Shown piece by piece: positions 15,534 through 27,520 of a stretch of DNA of 64,000 nt (position 1 is the stretch's first letter; each line of letters starts with the position of its first letter). The stretch is taken from the NCBI RefSeq assembly GCF_009914755.1, contig NC_060925.1; one strand, 5' to 3'. A program made the position numbers and the translations under genes. Below the pieces are notes generated by a model. That model had not been told where the DNA came from and ran no database searches. It saw only the letters and a program-made list of their open reading frames with translations. Source of the stretch: the human T2T-CHM13v2.0 reference genome, Homo sapiens.

Positions 15534-16869
15534 GAAACAAAATGAGACTAGCCAATTCTCCAGGCCCAATCAGGATCTGGCAAGGATGGTCACCTGAAAT
15601 TGTGCAGGGAAATTTAACAAGGGTTGGGGGCCGTGGATTATCTCTCAGAGATGAGGCAGAGAGAGACCACCTCCCCAGAGAAAGTACAGATGGCATCAGG
15701 TTTGAAGCCTTGGCCTCAACATGCTCCTGAGGCTCACTAAATCCTTAAGAGGATGCATAAAGAAGAGACTCACATTGTGGGTTGACATTTGCAGGTTGAT
15801 CCCAGGATTGAGACTCTCCAGATTTGAGTGCCAAGTCCCAGATCAGCACAGGCATGGCTGCAGCCCCAAGTGTGATGAGCAGAGGTGTGGTCAGCCAGCA
15901 TGGGGCCTGGTACAGAGGCTGGGCGGGGACTCACCCTGTGTAGGGAAGCCCAATATACAGAGGCCAAGAACTTGTATTTTCTTTGTATCCTGTCAGCAAC
16001 CTGTGCAGTAGCAAATACCTAAGAGGTTTACAAGCTATGTAGGAAATATTTGGCAAGAACAGTGATCTGTTGTGACATGGCTTATGCATGTGTAAATTTT
16101 TTCCTAATCACGATGTAATCTGATTTTGTGGCTATGTAGCCAGTCAGGGATTAGAAAGGTAGGATTTAAGTGTTACCAGACAGCTCATGAAATAATTGGT
16201 TAAGTAGTCTTCAATTAAGTGTAAGTGTAGACTGTTAAAAGCACAATAAATCTCTTATAGGTGTTGGAAGTACACCCCAACCCTGCCCCATCTGTCCTCA
16301 TTCAAAGCCCCTTCCTCCCTCTTCCTTCCCCTGTCCCGAAGAATGACATAATTTCCTCACTGGTTGTCAGTCCTACATGATCCTTATGTGACTGGGCAAA
16401 TAAACAGCATCTGCCTCATCATAATGGCTAATAATACCAGGTCCCTTCCAGGAAAGTTTCAAAATAAGAGAACTAGATGAGAAAAGCAATTGCCACATAT
16501 TTATGGCCTTGAATGTGCTTGTCACCGTGCCATGTCCTCTTACGCATTTCCCCTTTTCTCCCAATCATCATTGTGTTTTTACTCCATTTATTGAGAGAGT
16601 CATTTTGAGGAACAAATGGTTTCATTAAGACACAGGCAGACCTGGCCTGATTAACTCTAGCAGGATAGGTCTGACCAGAAGAGGCCAGGGCATGAACCAA
16701 TCTTTGCCCGCTGGACTGGGAGGGAGATGATTTGAGGAAATTAAATCCAATAGGTAGATTTAAGGTGGTAAACTGGCAGGTACCAGGCATAGGAAGAGCC
16801 AACAGAAGGTGACAAAGAGTCTAGCCAGGCCAGTGGGGCAAGGCTATGGGGATTAACAGACAGGGATCA

Positions 16870-17130
16870 CAATAATAACCAGCATTTATTGAGGCCCCCA
16901 CTATGTGCTGGGCACTGTTAGATGGTTTCTTTGCAGTATCTGTGACTCTGACATAAAACTGATGCTCTAGCAAATTTAACACCCTTTAATGCTCATATCA
17001 ATCATTCAAAGTAAAGATTATTATTAATGTGATTGTACAGAATGGAACAAAGCATTGAGAGGTTAAGTCCCAGACCACACGGCTACTAAGTGGTAAGGCT
17101 GTAAGTGAAGTCCAGAGTTGACTCCAAAGG
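16870..17130 (-). mobile_element. MIR fragments
   Basis: agcatttattgaggcccccactatgtgctgggcactg and gagaggttaagtcccagaccacacggctactaagtgg. Confidence 0.6.
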
Positions 17131-17144
17131 CCGTGATCTTCCTC

Positions 17145-17262
17145 ACCACAGGCACACACAGGCACACACATGCACACACAGACACACACATGCACACACA
17201 GACACACACATACACACACATGCACACACATACACACACATACACATACACAAATATACACA
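17145..17262. repeat. Degenerate (CA)n repeat
   Basis: cacacaca blocks interrupted by GG/TG/GA/TA. Confidence 0.9.
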
Positions 17263-17745
17263 TTATGCCTGGATAGACTGCGGCCGGAGAGAAGTTCACT
17301 CATCCAAGTAGCAGCCCAGCTTCCCTGACTCTGTCACTTCACCTCTGGAGGCCTGGAGGGTGATGGTTAGGCTTTGGGACTATTGCAAGCTCAGGCCACT
17401 CCTTAGTGATGTGGAGCAGGAAAGATCTGGTTCTCCAAATATCTTTTACACAAAAGCTGAGGAATAAATTGTGGGCCAAGAAAGGAGGAGAGGACTGTGT
17501 GGGGCTCAGAAATATGAAGATAATAATTTAGGGGAACAGAGGAGAAAGGAAGTAAATAAGGAAAAGAGAAGGGGAGTGGGTCAGGGCAACAGGGCCACAA
17601 AACTAATGAACAGAAGGAAGGAGTCTTGGAAGTTATGGAGACAATGGGCTAATTAAGTCAGCCTGCAACTTGGTCACAGGTGGGACCAACAGCTTCTTGG
17701 ACTTATGCACAATCAGAAGGCCCTAGGGTCATGTGAGTTTTGGGT

Positions 17746-18003
17746 ATGTATGTATGTATGTATGTATCTATCTATCTATCTATCTATATCTATCTGCCTA
17801 TCTACCTATTATCTATCTACCTACCTACCTATCCATTTATCTATCTATCCATCCATTTATATCTATCTATCTGCCTACCTATACATTTATCTATCCATCC
17901 ACTTATCTTCTATCTATCTATCTATCTATCTACCTATCTAGCCATCTACCTATCTATTATCTATCTACCTACCTACCTATCCATTTATCTATCCATCCAT
18001 TTA

Positions 18004-18040
<37 letters not shown>

Positions 18041-18076
18041 GCCTACCTATACATTTATCTATCCATCCATTTATCT

Positions 18077-18121
<45 letters not shown>

Positions 18122-18297
18122 GTATCTGCCTACCTATACATTTATCTATCCATCCACTTATCTTCTATCTATCTACCTACCTATCTACCCATCTACCTAT
18201 CTATTATCTACCTACCTACCTACCATTTATTTATCTATCCATCCATTTATATCTATCTATCTATCTACCTACCTATACATTTATCTATCCATCCATT

Positions 18298-18350
<53 letters not shown>

Positions 18351-18370
18351 CATCATCATCATCATCATCT
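17746..18370. repeat. Compound (TATG)/(TCTA)/(CCTA)/(TCCA)/(CAT) satellite, ~620 bp
   Basis: Directly visible; source of the artefactual YLSI-rich ORFs. Confidence 0.95.
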
Positions 18371-18485
18371 CTATGAACTGAAATGTGTCCACCTAAAATT
18401 GATAGGTGAAAACCTTAACCCTCAATGTATTATCAGTGTTTGGAGATAAGACTTTTAGGAGAACATTAAGATTAAAGGAAGTCAC
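18369..18485 (+). mobile_element. Truncated MLT1A0-like LTR 5' fragment
   Basis: ctatgaactgaaatgtgtcc...tttggagataagac...taagattaaa aligns with the start of the LTR at 15134. Confidence 0.65.
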
Positions 18486-18839
18486 TCATGTTCTGAATGT
18501 GTTATAAATTCAATTTTCCTGTCTGAAAGGTATGCAGTGGTGTAGGCGGTATGTGTTTAACCAAAAGAAGAAACTGAATTTTCCACTATTAATGGGAAGT
18601 ACATAATAGTTTCTATTTGTGTGTTCATTACCTATGTGGTGTTTCAAATTAGTATTCCTGTTGTAAAAAGCTACCACTCTCTTAGGCTTCATCTTGCTTG
18701 AGGGCCACTTCCTTCATCTTGAAACTTCTCTGGTCTCTGTGATTCGCATTGCTTGCTGGTTCTCTTGCAGCTCTCTGCCTTTCTTTTGCGGTTCTTCTAG
18801 TTCATTTTCATCAGCTCATCCCTTAAAAATTGAGCTCCA

Positions 18840-19150
18840 GGCCAGGTGCAGTGGCTTACACCTGTAATCCCAGCACTTTTGGAGGCCAACGCAGGAGGAT
18901 CTCTTAAGTCCAGGAGTTGGAGACAAGCCTGGGCAATATAATAAAACCCCGTATCTGCAAAAAATACAAACATTAGCTGGGCATGGTGGTGCACACCTGT
19001 GGTTCCAGCTACGTGGGAGGCTGAGGTAGGAGGATCACCTGAGCCTGGGGAGGTGAAGCTTGCAGTGAGCCGGGATCACACCACTATACTCCAGCCTAGG
19101 CAACAGAATAAGACCCTGACTCAAAACAAACAAACAAACAAACAAAAAAC
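18840..19150 (+). mobile_element. AluJ with TSD
   Basis: Dimer with (CAAA)n tail; TSD AATTGAGCTCCA at 18828-18839 and 19156-19167. Confidence 0.9.
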
Positions 19151-19174
19151 AGAGGAATTGAGCTCCACCAGTTT

Positions 19175-19975
19175 TACCAGGTGGCTATTGCTGCATAACA
19201 AGCAACCCCTAAACTTAGTGGCTTTAAATGATGGCCACTTATTTAGCTAATAGTCAGTACATCAGCTGATCTCAGCTGGGCTCCTCCTCTATCTGTGGCC
19301 TGCTACCAAATCAGCTGGAGCCTGGCTGGTTTAGGATAGTTTTAGCTGGCACGGCTTGTCTTGACCCCATATGGTGTCTAACCTCCAGGAGGCTAGCCTG
19401 ACCTTATTCACACAGTGAGAGCATTCTAAGGGAAAGAAGAGGAATGAGCAATGCCCTTGTGACTTGCCCCCCAAAAATTCCAAGGGGAATTTCGTCCAGG
19501 CCTGTATTTTCTGATTTCTGATTTAGAACAGAGGATGAGCACGTGATCCCGCTGAGAAGTAGGTGTGTTTCTTACAAAATAATTAGAGACTTTTCCCACT
19601 TGATCATCTATTCTTCCTTGTGCTTTTCTAACCCCCAGCCTTGACCCTGGCAGGACCCTCCCTTTAGGGTGCCCTCTTTTGCAACTTTTCCCCCTCTTTC
19701 TGTCTCTGATTCTCTTCCCACCCCTCAGGACTTTTGTCATTCCCTTAAACAGACAGAAAATTCCCCTCATGACGAGGCCCCCTTCTTCGGGCCTAGGCTT
19801 GGACCTTGTACAAAGTCACTTCTGCATTGTATGGAAACAAAGCAAGTCACAATGGCAGTCCAGGTTCAAAGGGTAGAGAAAGAGACTCTCTTGGTGGGAA
19901 GAAAGGCAAAGTCCCATTGCACAGAGGTAAAGGTATGGAAAGGCATGAAGAATTGTGGCCATTTTCCCAAAAAAT
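19175..19975 (-). mobile_element. Old MLT1 LTR (MLT1I/J-like) interrupted at ~19470-19775
   Basis: gctattgctgcataacaa...cttagtggcttt...ctccaggaggctagcctg on the left; gcctaggcttgg...gtcacttctgc...aaagcaagtcaca...ttcaaaggg on the right. Confidence 0.7.
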
Positions 19976-20597
19976 CTGCCTCACTAAGATTCTACCTTTG
20001 GTTGTTCTAATGTTCTCTTTAGATAAATTTGACTAATGTCATAGTGTTCCCCTTATCCCATGCCCCATGATATCACATATTGTCTTCTATAAAATTTAAT
20101 TTTATTCTGTCAAATTGAAGACTGCCTGTACTTTTGTCGTCACCTTAAATAGAAAATTCTGCAGCAGTGCATGGTCCAATTTGTTGAAAGGATTCTGCGT
20201 TAGAACTAGTGGCACAGACTGCTCTTTTTCTACCAGAACCAGATTCTTCTCTTCTTTAACAGGAGAACTGATGAGCATTAGCTGGTTATTAGAGTTTCTA
20301 TGACTTTTACTCTCAACAGGTCTACTTTTGCCCAGTTATTAGAGACTATATTCCCAGCCTCCCTTGCAACATTAATCAGGCCATGTACCTTATTTCTGGC
20401 CAATGGGATGTGAACAGAATAAAAGCAAACCAAGGAAGGAGTCTTAGCTGCCCTGCCTCTTCTTCTTTTCCCAGGGCTTGTCCCCAGCGACAGAAACTAC
20501 ATAGAGAATGGCAGAATCATCCTATAAGATCTGGAGTATCTACTTCTGAATTGTGAAATAAGAGAAAAATAAACTATAATCTTATTTAATCTTTGAA

Positions 20598-22161
20598 TGA
20601 GGGGTCTTCAAAAAGTTCATGGAAAATGCATAGTATGAAAAATTACACATGAGTTTCATCTTTTTTTGCACCAAAATAAACTTGTACTAACTTGTTTGTC
20701 TGAACCCGATCTAGTTTGAGGCACAAAAGATAAGACATCTGTTTGAAAAGAGCCCCAATCAGGGCAACATAAATTCTGCTAAAATCGAAGCAAGAACAAA
20801 CAACAAATTTATGATGAAGCTTGGGTGGACAAATGGCAAAACCATTGGTGTTTTACAAAAAATTTATGGGGAAAGAGTCCCCAAAGAAACCGGGATTTTA
20901 TAAATGGACAACTCATTTTAAGAAGGGATGAGATGATGTTGAAGATAAAACCCACAGTGGCAGACCATCCACATCAGTTTGTGAGGAAAAATTTAATCTT
21001 ATTCGTGCCCTAATTGAAGAGGACTGAGGATTAACAGCAGAAACAATAGCCAACACCATAGACATCTCAATTGGTTCAGATTACACAATTCTGACTAAAA
21101 AATTAAAGTTGAGCAAACTTTCCACTCAATGGCTATCAAAACTCTTGTGCCCAGATCAACTGCAGACCAGAGAAGAGATTTGACAGAAATTTTAAACAAG
21201 TGGGATCAAGATCCTGAAGCGTTTCTTTGAGGAATTGTAACAGAAGATGAAACGCAGCTTTATCAGTATGGTCCTGAAGACAAAGCACAATCAAAGCAAT
21301 GGTTACCAAGAGGTGAAAGTGGTCCAGTCACAGCAGAAGTGGACCAGTTGAGAGTAAAGTCATGGCAAAGGTTTTTTGGGATGTCAAGGAATTTTGTTTG
21401 TTGACTTTCTGGAGGGCCAAAGAACATAATATCTGCTTGTTATGAGAGTGTTTTGAGAAAGTTAGCTACCACTTTAGCAGAAAAACTTCTGGGAAAGCTT
21501 CGCTAGAAACCAATTGTCCATGATGACAATGCTCCTGCTCATTACTCTCATCAAAAAGGGCAATTCTATAAGAGTTTCAGTGGCAAATCATTAGGTATCC
21601 ACCTCACAGTTCTGATTTGGCTCCTTCTGACTTCTTTTTGTTCCTAATCTTCAAAAATCTTTAAAGGGCACCTATTTTTCCTCAGTTAACAACATGCAAA
21701 AGATGCAATGACATGGTTAAATTCCTAGGACCCTCAGCGTTTTGTTTGTTTGTTTGAGACAGGGCCTCACTCTGTTGCTCAGGCTGAAGTACAGCCTTGA
21801 ACTCCTGGGCTCAAGTGATCCTCCTGCCTCAGCCTCCCAAGTAGCTGGGACTACAGGCTTGTACCACCATGGCTGGCGAATTCTTTTTTTATTTTTGCAG
21901 AGATGGGGTCTCACTGTGTTGCCCAGGCTGTTCTTGAACTCTTGGCCTCAAGCTGTCTTCCCATCTTCGCCTTCCAAATTGTGGGATTACAGGCATGAGC
22001 CATTGTGCCTGATCCTCTCAGTTCTTTAGGGATAGACTGTATGGCTGGTATCACTTACAAAAGTGTATTGAACTTGATGGAGCTTATGTTGAGGAATTGA
22101 TTTTATTTTTTATTTTTATCTTTAAATTCCATTTTTCCATGAGCTTTTTGAAGTTCTCTTC
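20598..22161 (+). mobile_element. HSMAR2 mariner transposon, full length, defective
   Basis: Left TIR tgaggggtcttcaaaaagttcatggaaaa, right TIR tttttccatgagctttttgaagttctcttc followed by TA; transposase remnants TEDE, HDDNAPAH, HSSDLAPSDF (YSPDLAPSD motif); start codon mutated to ATA at ~20769. Confidence 0.92.
21739..22014 (-). mobile_element. AluJ inserted in HSMAR2
   Basis: AluJ-type gaactcctgggctcaagtgatcctcctgcc; flanked by cctcag/ctctcag. Confidence 0.85.
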
Positions 22162-22569
22162 TATTTGTGAGGGCTTATATTACAGAGTTTAGCTTGTGCC
22201 CTAACTAATATGGTGATGAGAGAGGAGTGTGAATGATGGCAAGTGACTATTGAAATGCCAGACTGGGGTCCCAGTGGCCTGTTGGGGTTCAAGGTGGGAG
22301 GTGGTACCACTCCTTCCATTTTTTTCTTTTGTTTTCCACATTATTTAACATTTCTTTGGTTTTCTATCTCCTCTTTCTCCAAGGCATTTCCCTTCTGTTC
22401 TCTTTTTTGTTCCACATCATTTCCATAGTGGTGCTGTGGGAAATCTCTTATAACCTTGATCTTAAGAGAGAAAATTAGCAACCACAATGGAGGTTAATCA
22501 TATTATATTAGACATCAAGAAGTGTGTTTTATTTTGAAAAAAACATAAGAGTTAAATATAATATTGTGG

Positions 22570-25500
22570 GTGTTTGTATGCCCTTCATCAAGCTTCTCCC
22601 GATGTTAACATCTTTCATAACCTTCGTACATTTATTAAAACTAAAAGATTAACACTGATATAGTACTATTTGCTAAACTATGCACTTTATTAAGTTTCTC
22701 CAATAATGTTCTATTTCTACTCCAGGGTCCAGTCCAGTCTACTATGCTACATTGAGTTGTCATGTGCCCTTAGTCTCTTCCAATCTGTGATAGCCTCTTG
22801 GTTTTTCCTTGTCTTTAATGACCTTGATACTTTTGATACTATTTGGTCAAGTGTTTTGTTGATTGTCCTTAAATTTACATTTGTCTGATGCTCTCTCATG
22901 GCTAGACTGAGGTTAAGGATGTTGGAAAAGAATACACCAGAAGCGAAATACCCTTGCCATTATACCATGCCCAGGGATACATTATGTAACATATACATAT
23001 ACATATACATACACAAATGTCTGTGTGTGTGTGTGTGTGTGTGTGTATGTATTTAGTGGTGATGTTAGCATTAATCACTTGATGCCAGGGCTCTTCACTG
23101 TACAGTTAATACTTTCCCATTTTCATACTAGAAGTAAGTCCCATGGTTTGATTAGAATCAGTAGAAGTGAGTCAGTAACTTCAGCCCCCATTCAAGGGGA
23201 GGAGAATTAAACTCTTTGGAAGGAAGAGTATCAAAGAATTTGTGGATGTAAGTTAAGACCATTTCAGTAATAAATAAATATTTTTTGGAGATATTTTGAG
23301 GCTCTATACTATCCTGTTTCTGCTTAAATCTTCTCTCACTAATTTTAGCTGCAGCAATTATTAGTATGTTCTAGTAGTGATTTTCTATTTTTCTCATTCC
23401 TTCTATATTTATCATTGACAGTTAGTCTGTCAAGATTTATTCTTTTTTCCATTTACTTATTTACTTAATCACTTATTTATACCAGTATGGACTTGCAGAT
23501 ACTTATTTTAATATTGAAGTTATAATCCAGTACTATTGTTTATTTTGTTGCTCAGATTGTTCCAGCTATGTTTATCAGCAGCTCTTTAAGCTTGGCACCT
23601 GTGTCCTTTTAAAATGTTGATCATTTACTTATTTTTATTTATTATTATTATGGGTACATAATAGGTGCATATATTTTTGGGATACATGTGATGTTTTGAT
23701 ACAGGCATACAATGTGTAATGATCAAATAGGGTAGTTGGGGTATCTGGTACCTTAAGCATTTATCTTTTTTTTTTTTAGGAACATTCCAATTTCACTCTT
23801 TTAGTTGTTTTAAAATATACAATAAATTACTGTTAGATATAGTCACCCTATTGTGGTACCAAATACTAGATCTTATTCATTCTACCTAACTGTATTTTTG
23901 TACCCATTATCCATCCCCATTTTTCCCCTCCTCCCTGCTACCCTTCCCAACCTCTGATAACCATCATTCTATGCTTTATCTCCATGAGATCAATGTTTTT
24001 TTTAGCTCCCACATACGAGTGAGAACATGCGATATTTTTCATTCTGTGCCTGGCTTATTTCACTTAACCTAATGTCCTCCAGTTCCATCCATGTTGTTGC
24101 AAATGACAAGGTTTTATTCTTTTTATGGCTAAATAATGGAATAATACATAATTCCATTGTGTATATATACCACATTTTCTTTATTCATTCATCCACTGAT
24201 GGACACTAAGGTTGATTCCATAGCCTGGTTATTGTGAATAGTGCTGCAATAAACATGGGAATGCAGATATCTCTTCGATATACTAATCCAAGTATATTCT
24301 TTTTGATATATACTTGTGTCCTTTTGATAAAGCCCCATTATTTAATTTTATTTTTTATTTTTAGCACATCTTTTCTTTTTGGCACTATTAGAAGGATCAT
24401 CCTGTTTTCTATGCTTCTGCTCTAGAATCAACCATTTCTCTAAGGATTACTGGTTTCCCTTACTGGAGAATGATATTTAGAAAATAAGATCTGGACACTA
24501 GGTGTGCTCATTGCTACTGGGGTGTCACTGCTTCTGGCACCTCTGAGCAGACACAGCTATGAAATATATGTATATATACTAACTCATGAATATACAGATA
24601 TCTATATTTATTTATGTATCAATCTATCTCTGAACATATTAAATATGAGTTCATTCTGGTATCTCTGATTCTAATCAAACCACAGGACTTATTGTAGATT
24701 TCCCTTTGTTGTTTATTTGTAACTTCTTTCTCTTACAGTAGAACACCCAGATCTCATTAGATTTCCTTATTTGTTCCATCCTAGTATACATGTAAAGTCA
24801 TTTCAAAATTGTTTACCTGTACCCCTGTGAGAAACAACCAGAGTAGAGTGTTCATGTACAGTTATTCTTGCTTGTAGCTTTACCATATGCAAACAGTTTT
24901 CCAGTGTTTCACAGATAAATTTCCTTTTCCCTTACCTTTTTCAATAAAGCTTTGTCATACATTTATAAATAGTTAAATTTATTTGTCACAATTTACAGTA
25001 TGTCTGGGTTCTGCTGAATATCCTGGTTGATTTAAAAAATGTATATAGTGAAGTTCACTCTTTGTGTTGTACAGTTTTATGGGTTTTGGCAAGTTCATAG
25101 AGCCATTTATCCACCACCCCAGGACTATAAAGTACAGTTCCAATATCCTAAAAATTCCTTGTATGGTTTCTTTGTAGTCAACATCCCCTCTCTACCCCTG
25201 GTAATCACTGATCTGTTTCCCACCCTTTTGCCATTTCCAGAATGTCATAAATGGAATAATACAATGTGTAGCATTTTGGGACTGGCTTCCTTCAATTAAA
25301 AATGCACTTGAGATTCATTTATGTTGTTGTGTCACTCAATAGTTTGTTCCTTTTAACTGTTGAGTAGTATCCCATTGTATGGATATACCACTGTTTATTT
25401 TATTCATTCACCTGTTGTAGGACACCTGGTCTGTTTCCAGTTTTTGAAAATTGTGAATAAAGTTGAAGTAAGCATTCACATTCAGGTTTTCATGTGAACA

Positions 25501-26150
25501 AATGTTTTCAGTTCACTTGAATAAATACCTAGGATTGGGATTACTATGGGTTGTATGGTAAGTGTGTATTTAACTATATAAGAAATTGCCAAACTGCTTT
25601 CCAAAGTTGCTTTACCATTTTGTATCCCCAGTTAGCAATAAATGACAGTTCCTGTTTCTCATTGTCTCCAGCATTTGGAATCCTCATTTTAAAATTTTTA
25701 TTTTTGGCCATTCTGACAGATGTATAGTGGTATCTCATTTGGTTTGAACTTGCATTTCCCTAATGATAATTGGGTTGTTTATTTTCTTGTTAGGTTTTAA
25801 AAGCTTTTATTTTTTTAAAAAAACATTAAGGATACAAGTCTTTTATCAGATATGTGATCTGCAAATATTTTTTCCAGTCTGTGATTTGTCTTTTCATTTT
25901 TTTTTTTTATTTTTTTCAGATCGAGCCTCACTGTGTTGCCCAGGCTGGTCTCAAACTCCTGAACTCAATGAATCCTCCCATCTCAGCCCCCCAAGTAGCT
26001 AGGACAATGGGCACATGCCACCACACCTGGCAGTCTTTTTATTTTCTTATCAGTGTCTTTCTAGAACAAAAGTTTCTTATTTTGGTAAAGTCCAATATAT
26101 CAGTATTTCTCTTTAGGAACTGTGCTTTTAGTATGTTATTTTGAACTTTT
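22570..26150 (-). mobile_element. Nested old L1M fragments (L1MC/MD-like) with an L1MA 3' end (~23630-24290) and an Alu monomer (~25897-26031)
   Basis: Antisense L1 3'UTR motifs (tagctcccacatacgagtgagaacatg; ttccagaatgtcataaatggaat); (TG)n at 23021-23045. Confidence 0.7.
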
Positions 26151-27244
26151 AAAGTGCCACAAAACACCATTTAAGTCATAGTATATTTTATCTATTTAAT
26201 AATGTGCCATGTCATTATGGACTCCACTGTTTTAATATTTATAATATTCATATTTCTGTTCCTACCCTAATTCTTCTTGATGTTTAGTCAAGAAGAATTA
26301 GTCTAATATAATCTAAGAAGAATCTAGTCTAATATAAACTAGATGTTGCTATCCATTTATGTCTCTTTAGAAGGTTTTCCATTAATTCAGCGATTGCTTT
26401 AAGGGATAGCAAGTTTGAGTGGATTTGGGGGCAGAAGGCTAACTAGACCAGGTGGGAGTCAGCTCTGCCTCAGCCAACTGTGGCAACAGGAGCAGAGGCT
26501 CCTCTCTGAGCCTTACCTTTCTCATCTATCCTACTTGTACTTCTCATAGTTGTTGTGAAGAGAAAATAAAATGAAGTAGATGCTCACATGAAGGTATTTT
26601 TTACATGTTTCTGATTTTCTGTTTATTTCTGCCCCCAGACTCTGCAATGATACATGAGAGAGCAGAGACCATGGAGGAAAGAGAGAAGGACAGGAAATTC
26701 TGGGCTGTGTGGGAATTAAGAGTGCCAGTATGGAAGCTTAACCTGGTGTCCATAGCATCCAAGCATTTGTGGATCCTGTGGCCTCTGCCTACACTTTGGA
26801 AGAGGCCTGCCCCTTTCCTCCTGGGGGCTCAGGTTGTCCCTGATTGGAAGGGCATGTGGTAGACAATTTACCGGGGCCCAGGGTGGCCATCCTGGCTACT
26901 GCCACCAATTTCACTTTTGCTCATAAAACAGCAGAGAATAGAGACTGTTAAGTTCAAGGTTTTCCTTGAGTTGGTTTCTTGGTTTGGTCACTCAGAATTA
27001 TAAAAGTCATGGAATGTTATTTCTGGAAGGGACTCTGGAGATACAGGCCTATATTTTCTGATTCCCAATTTAGAACAGAGGATGGGCACATGATCTCCCT
27101 GAGGGGTATGTGTGTTTCCTACAAAATAATTAGAGGCTTTTCCCACTTGGTCACCCATTCTTCCTTGTGCTTTTCTAACCCCCAGCCTTGACCCTGGCAG
27201 GGCCGTCTCTCTAGGGTGCCTGCTTTCAATTTTTTTTCTCTTTC

Positions 27245-27520
27245 TGGATTTGTCTTTCAAGAGCCAGCTCAAATGTCTCCTTGCTGTGTAATTTGCTATC
27301 TCTGATTCTCTTCCCACCCTTCCCTGGCAAAATGAATCACTCTCTTATCTGCTTTGATATAGCACTTTAATGTAGCTATTTTGACATTCTGTTAAAAGTA
27401 CACTTCTGTGTATGTCTCCCCTGCTAATGTGTCAGTGCCTAGAAGGCAAGAAGGGTGCTTATCCCCATCCCATAGTGGGAGCACAGAGGCTTGCAGGAAT
27501 GCTTGTTGCCTTGAACCTGA
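27245..27520 (+). mobile_element. L2 3' fragment
   Basis: tctttcaagagccagctcaaatgtc...tgtctcccctgctaatgtg...gaatgcttgttg. Confidence 0.55.

Larger units (their letters stand above)
20335..22210 (+). mobile_element. ERVL LTR16-like LTR split by HSMAR2
   Basis: attcccagcctcccttgca...ttctggccaatgggatgtg...aaaaataaact before 20598; LTR end ttagcttgtgccctaactaata after 22163. Confidence 0.6.

Noticed and set aside
17705-18449. Long 213-238 aa ORFs rich in YLSI
   Set aside because: Translation of a TCTA-type satellite that lacks stops on this strand; no coding evidence
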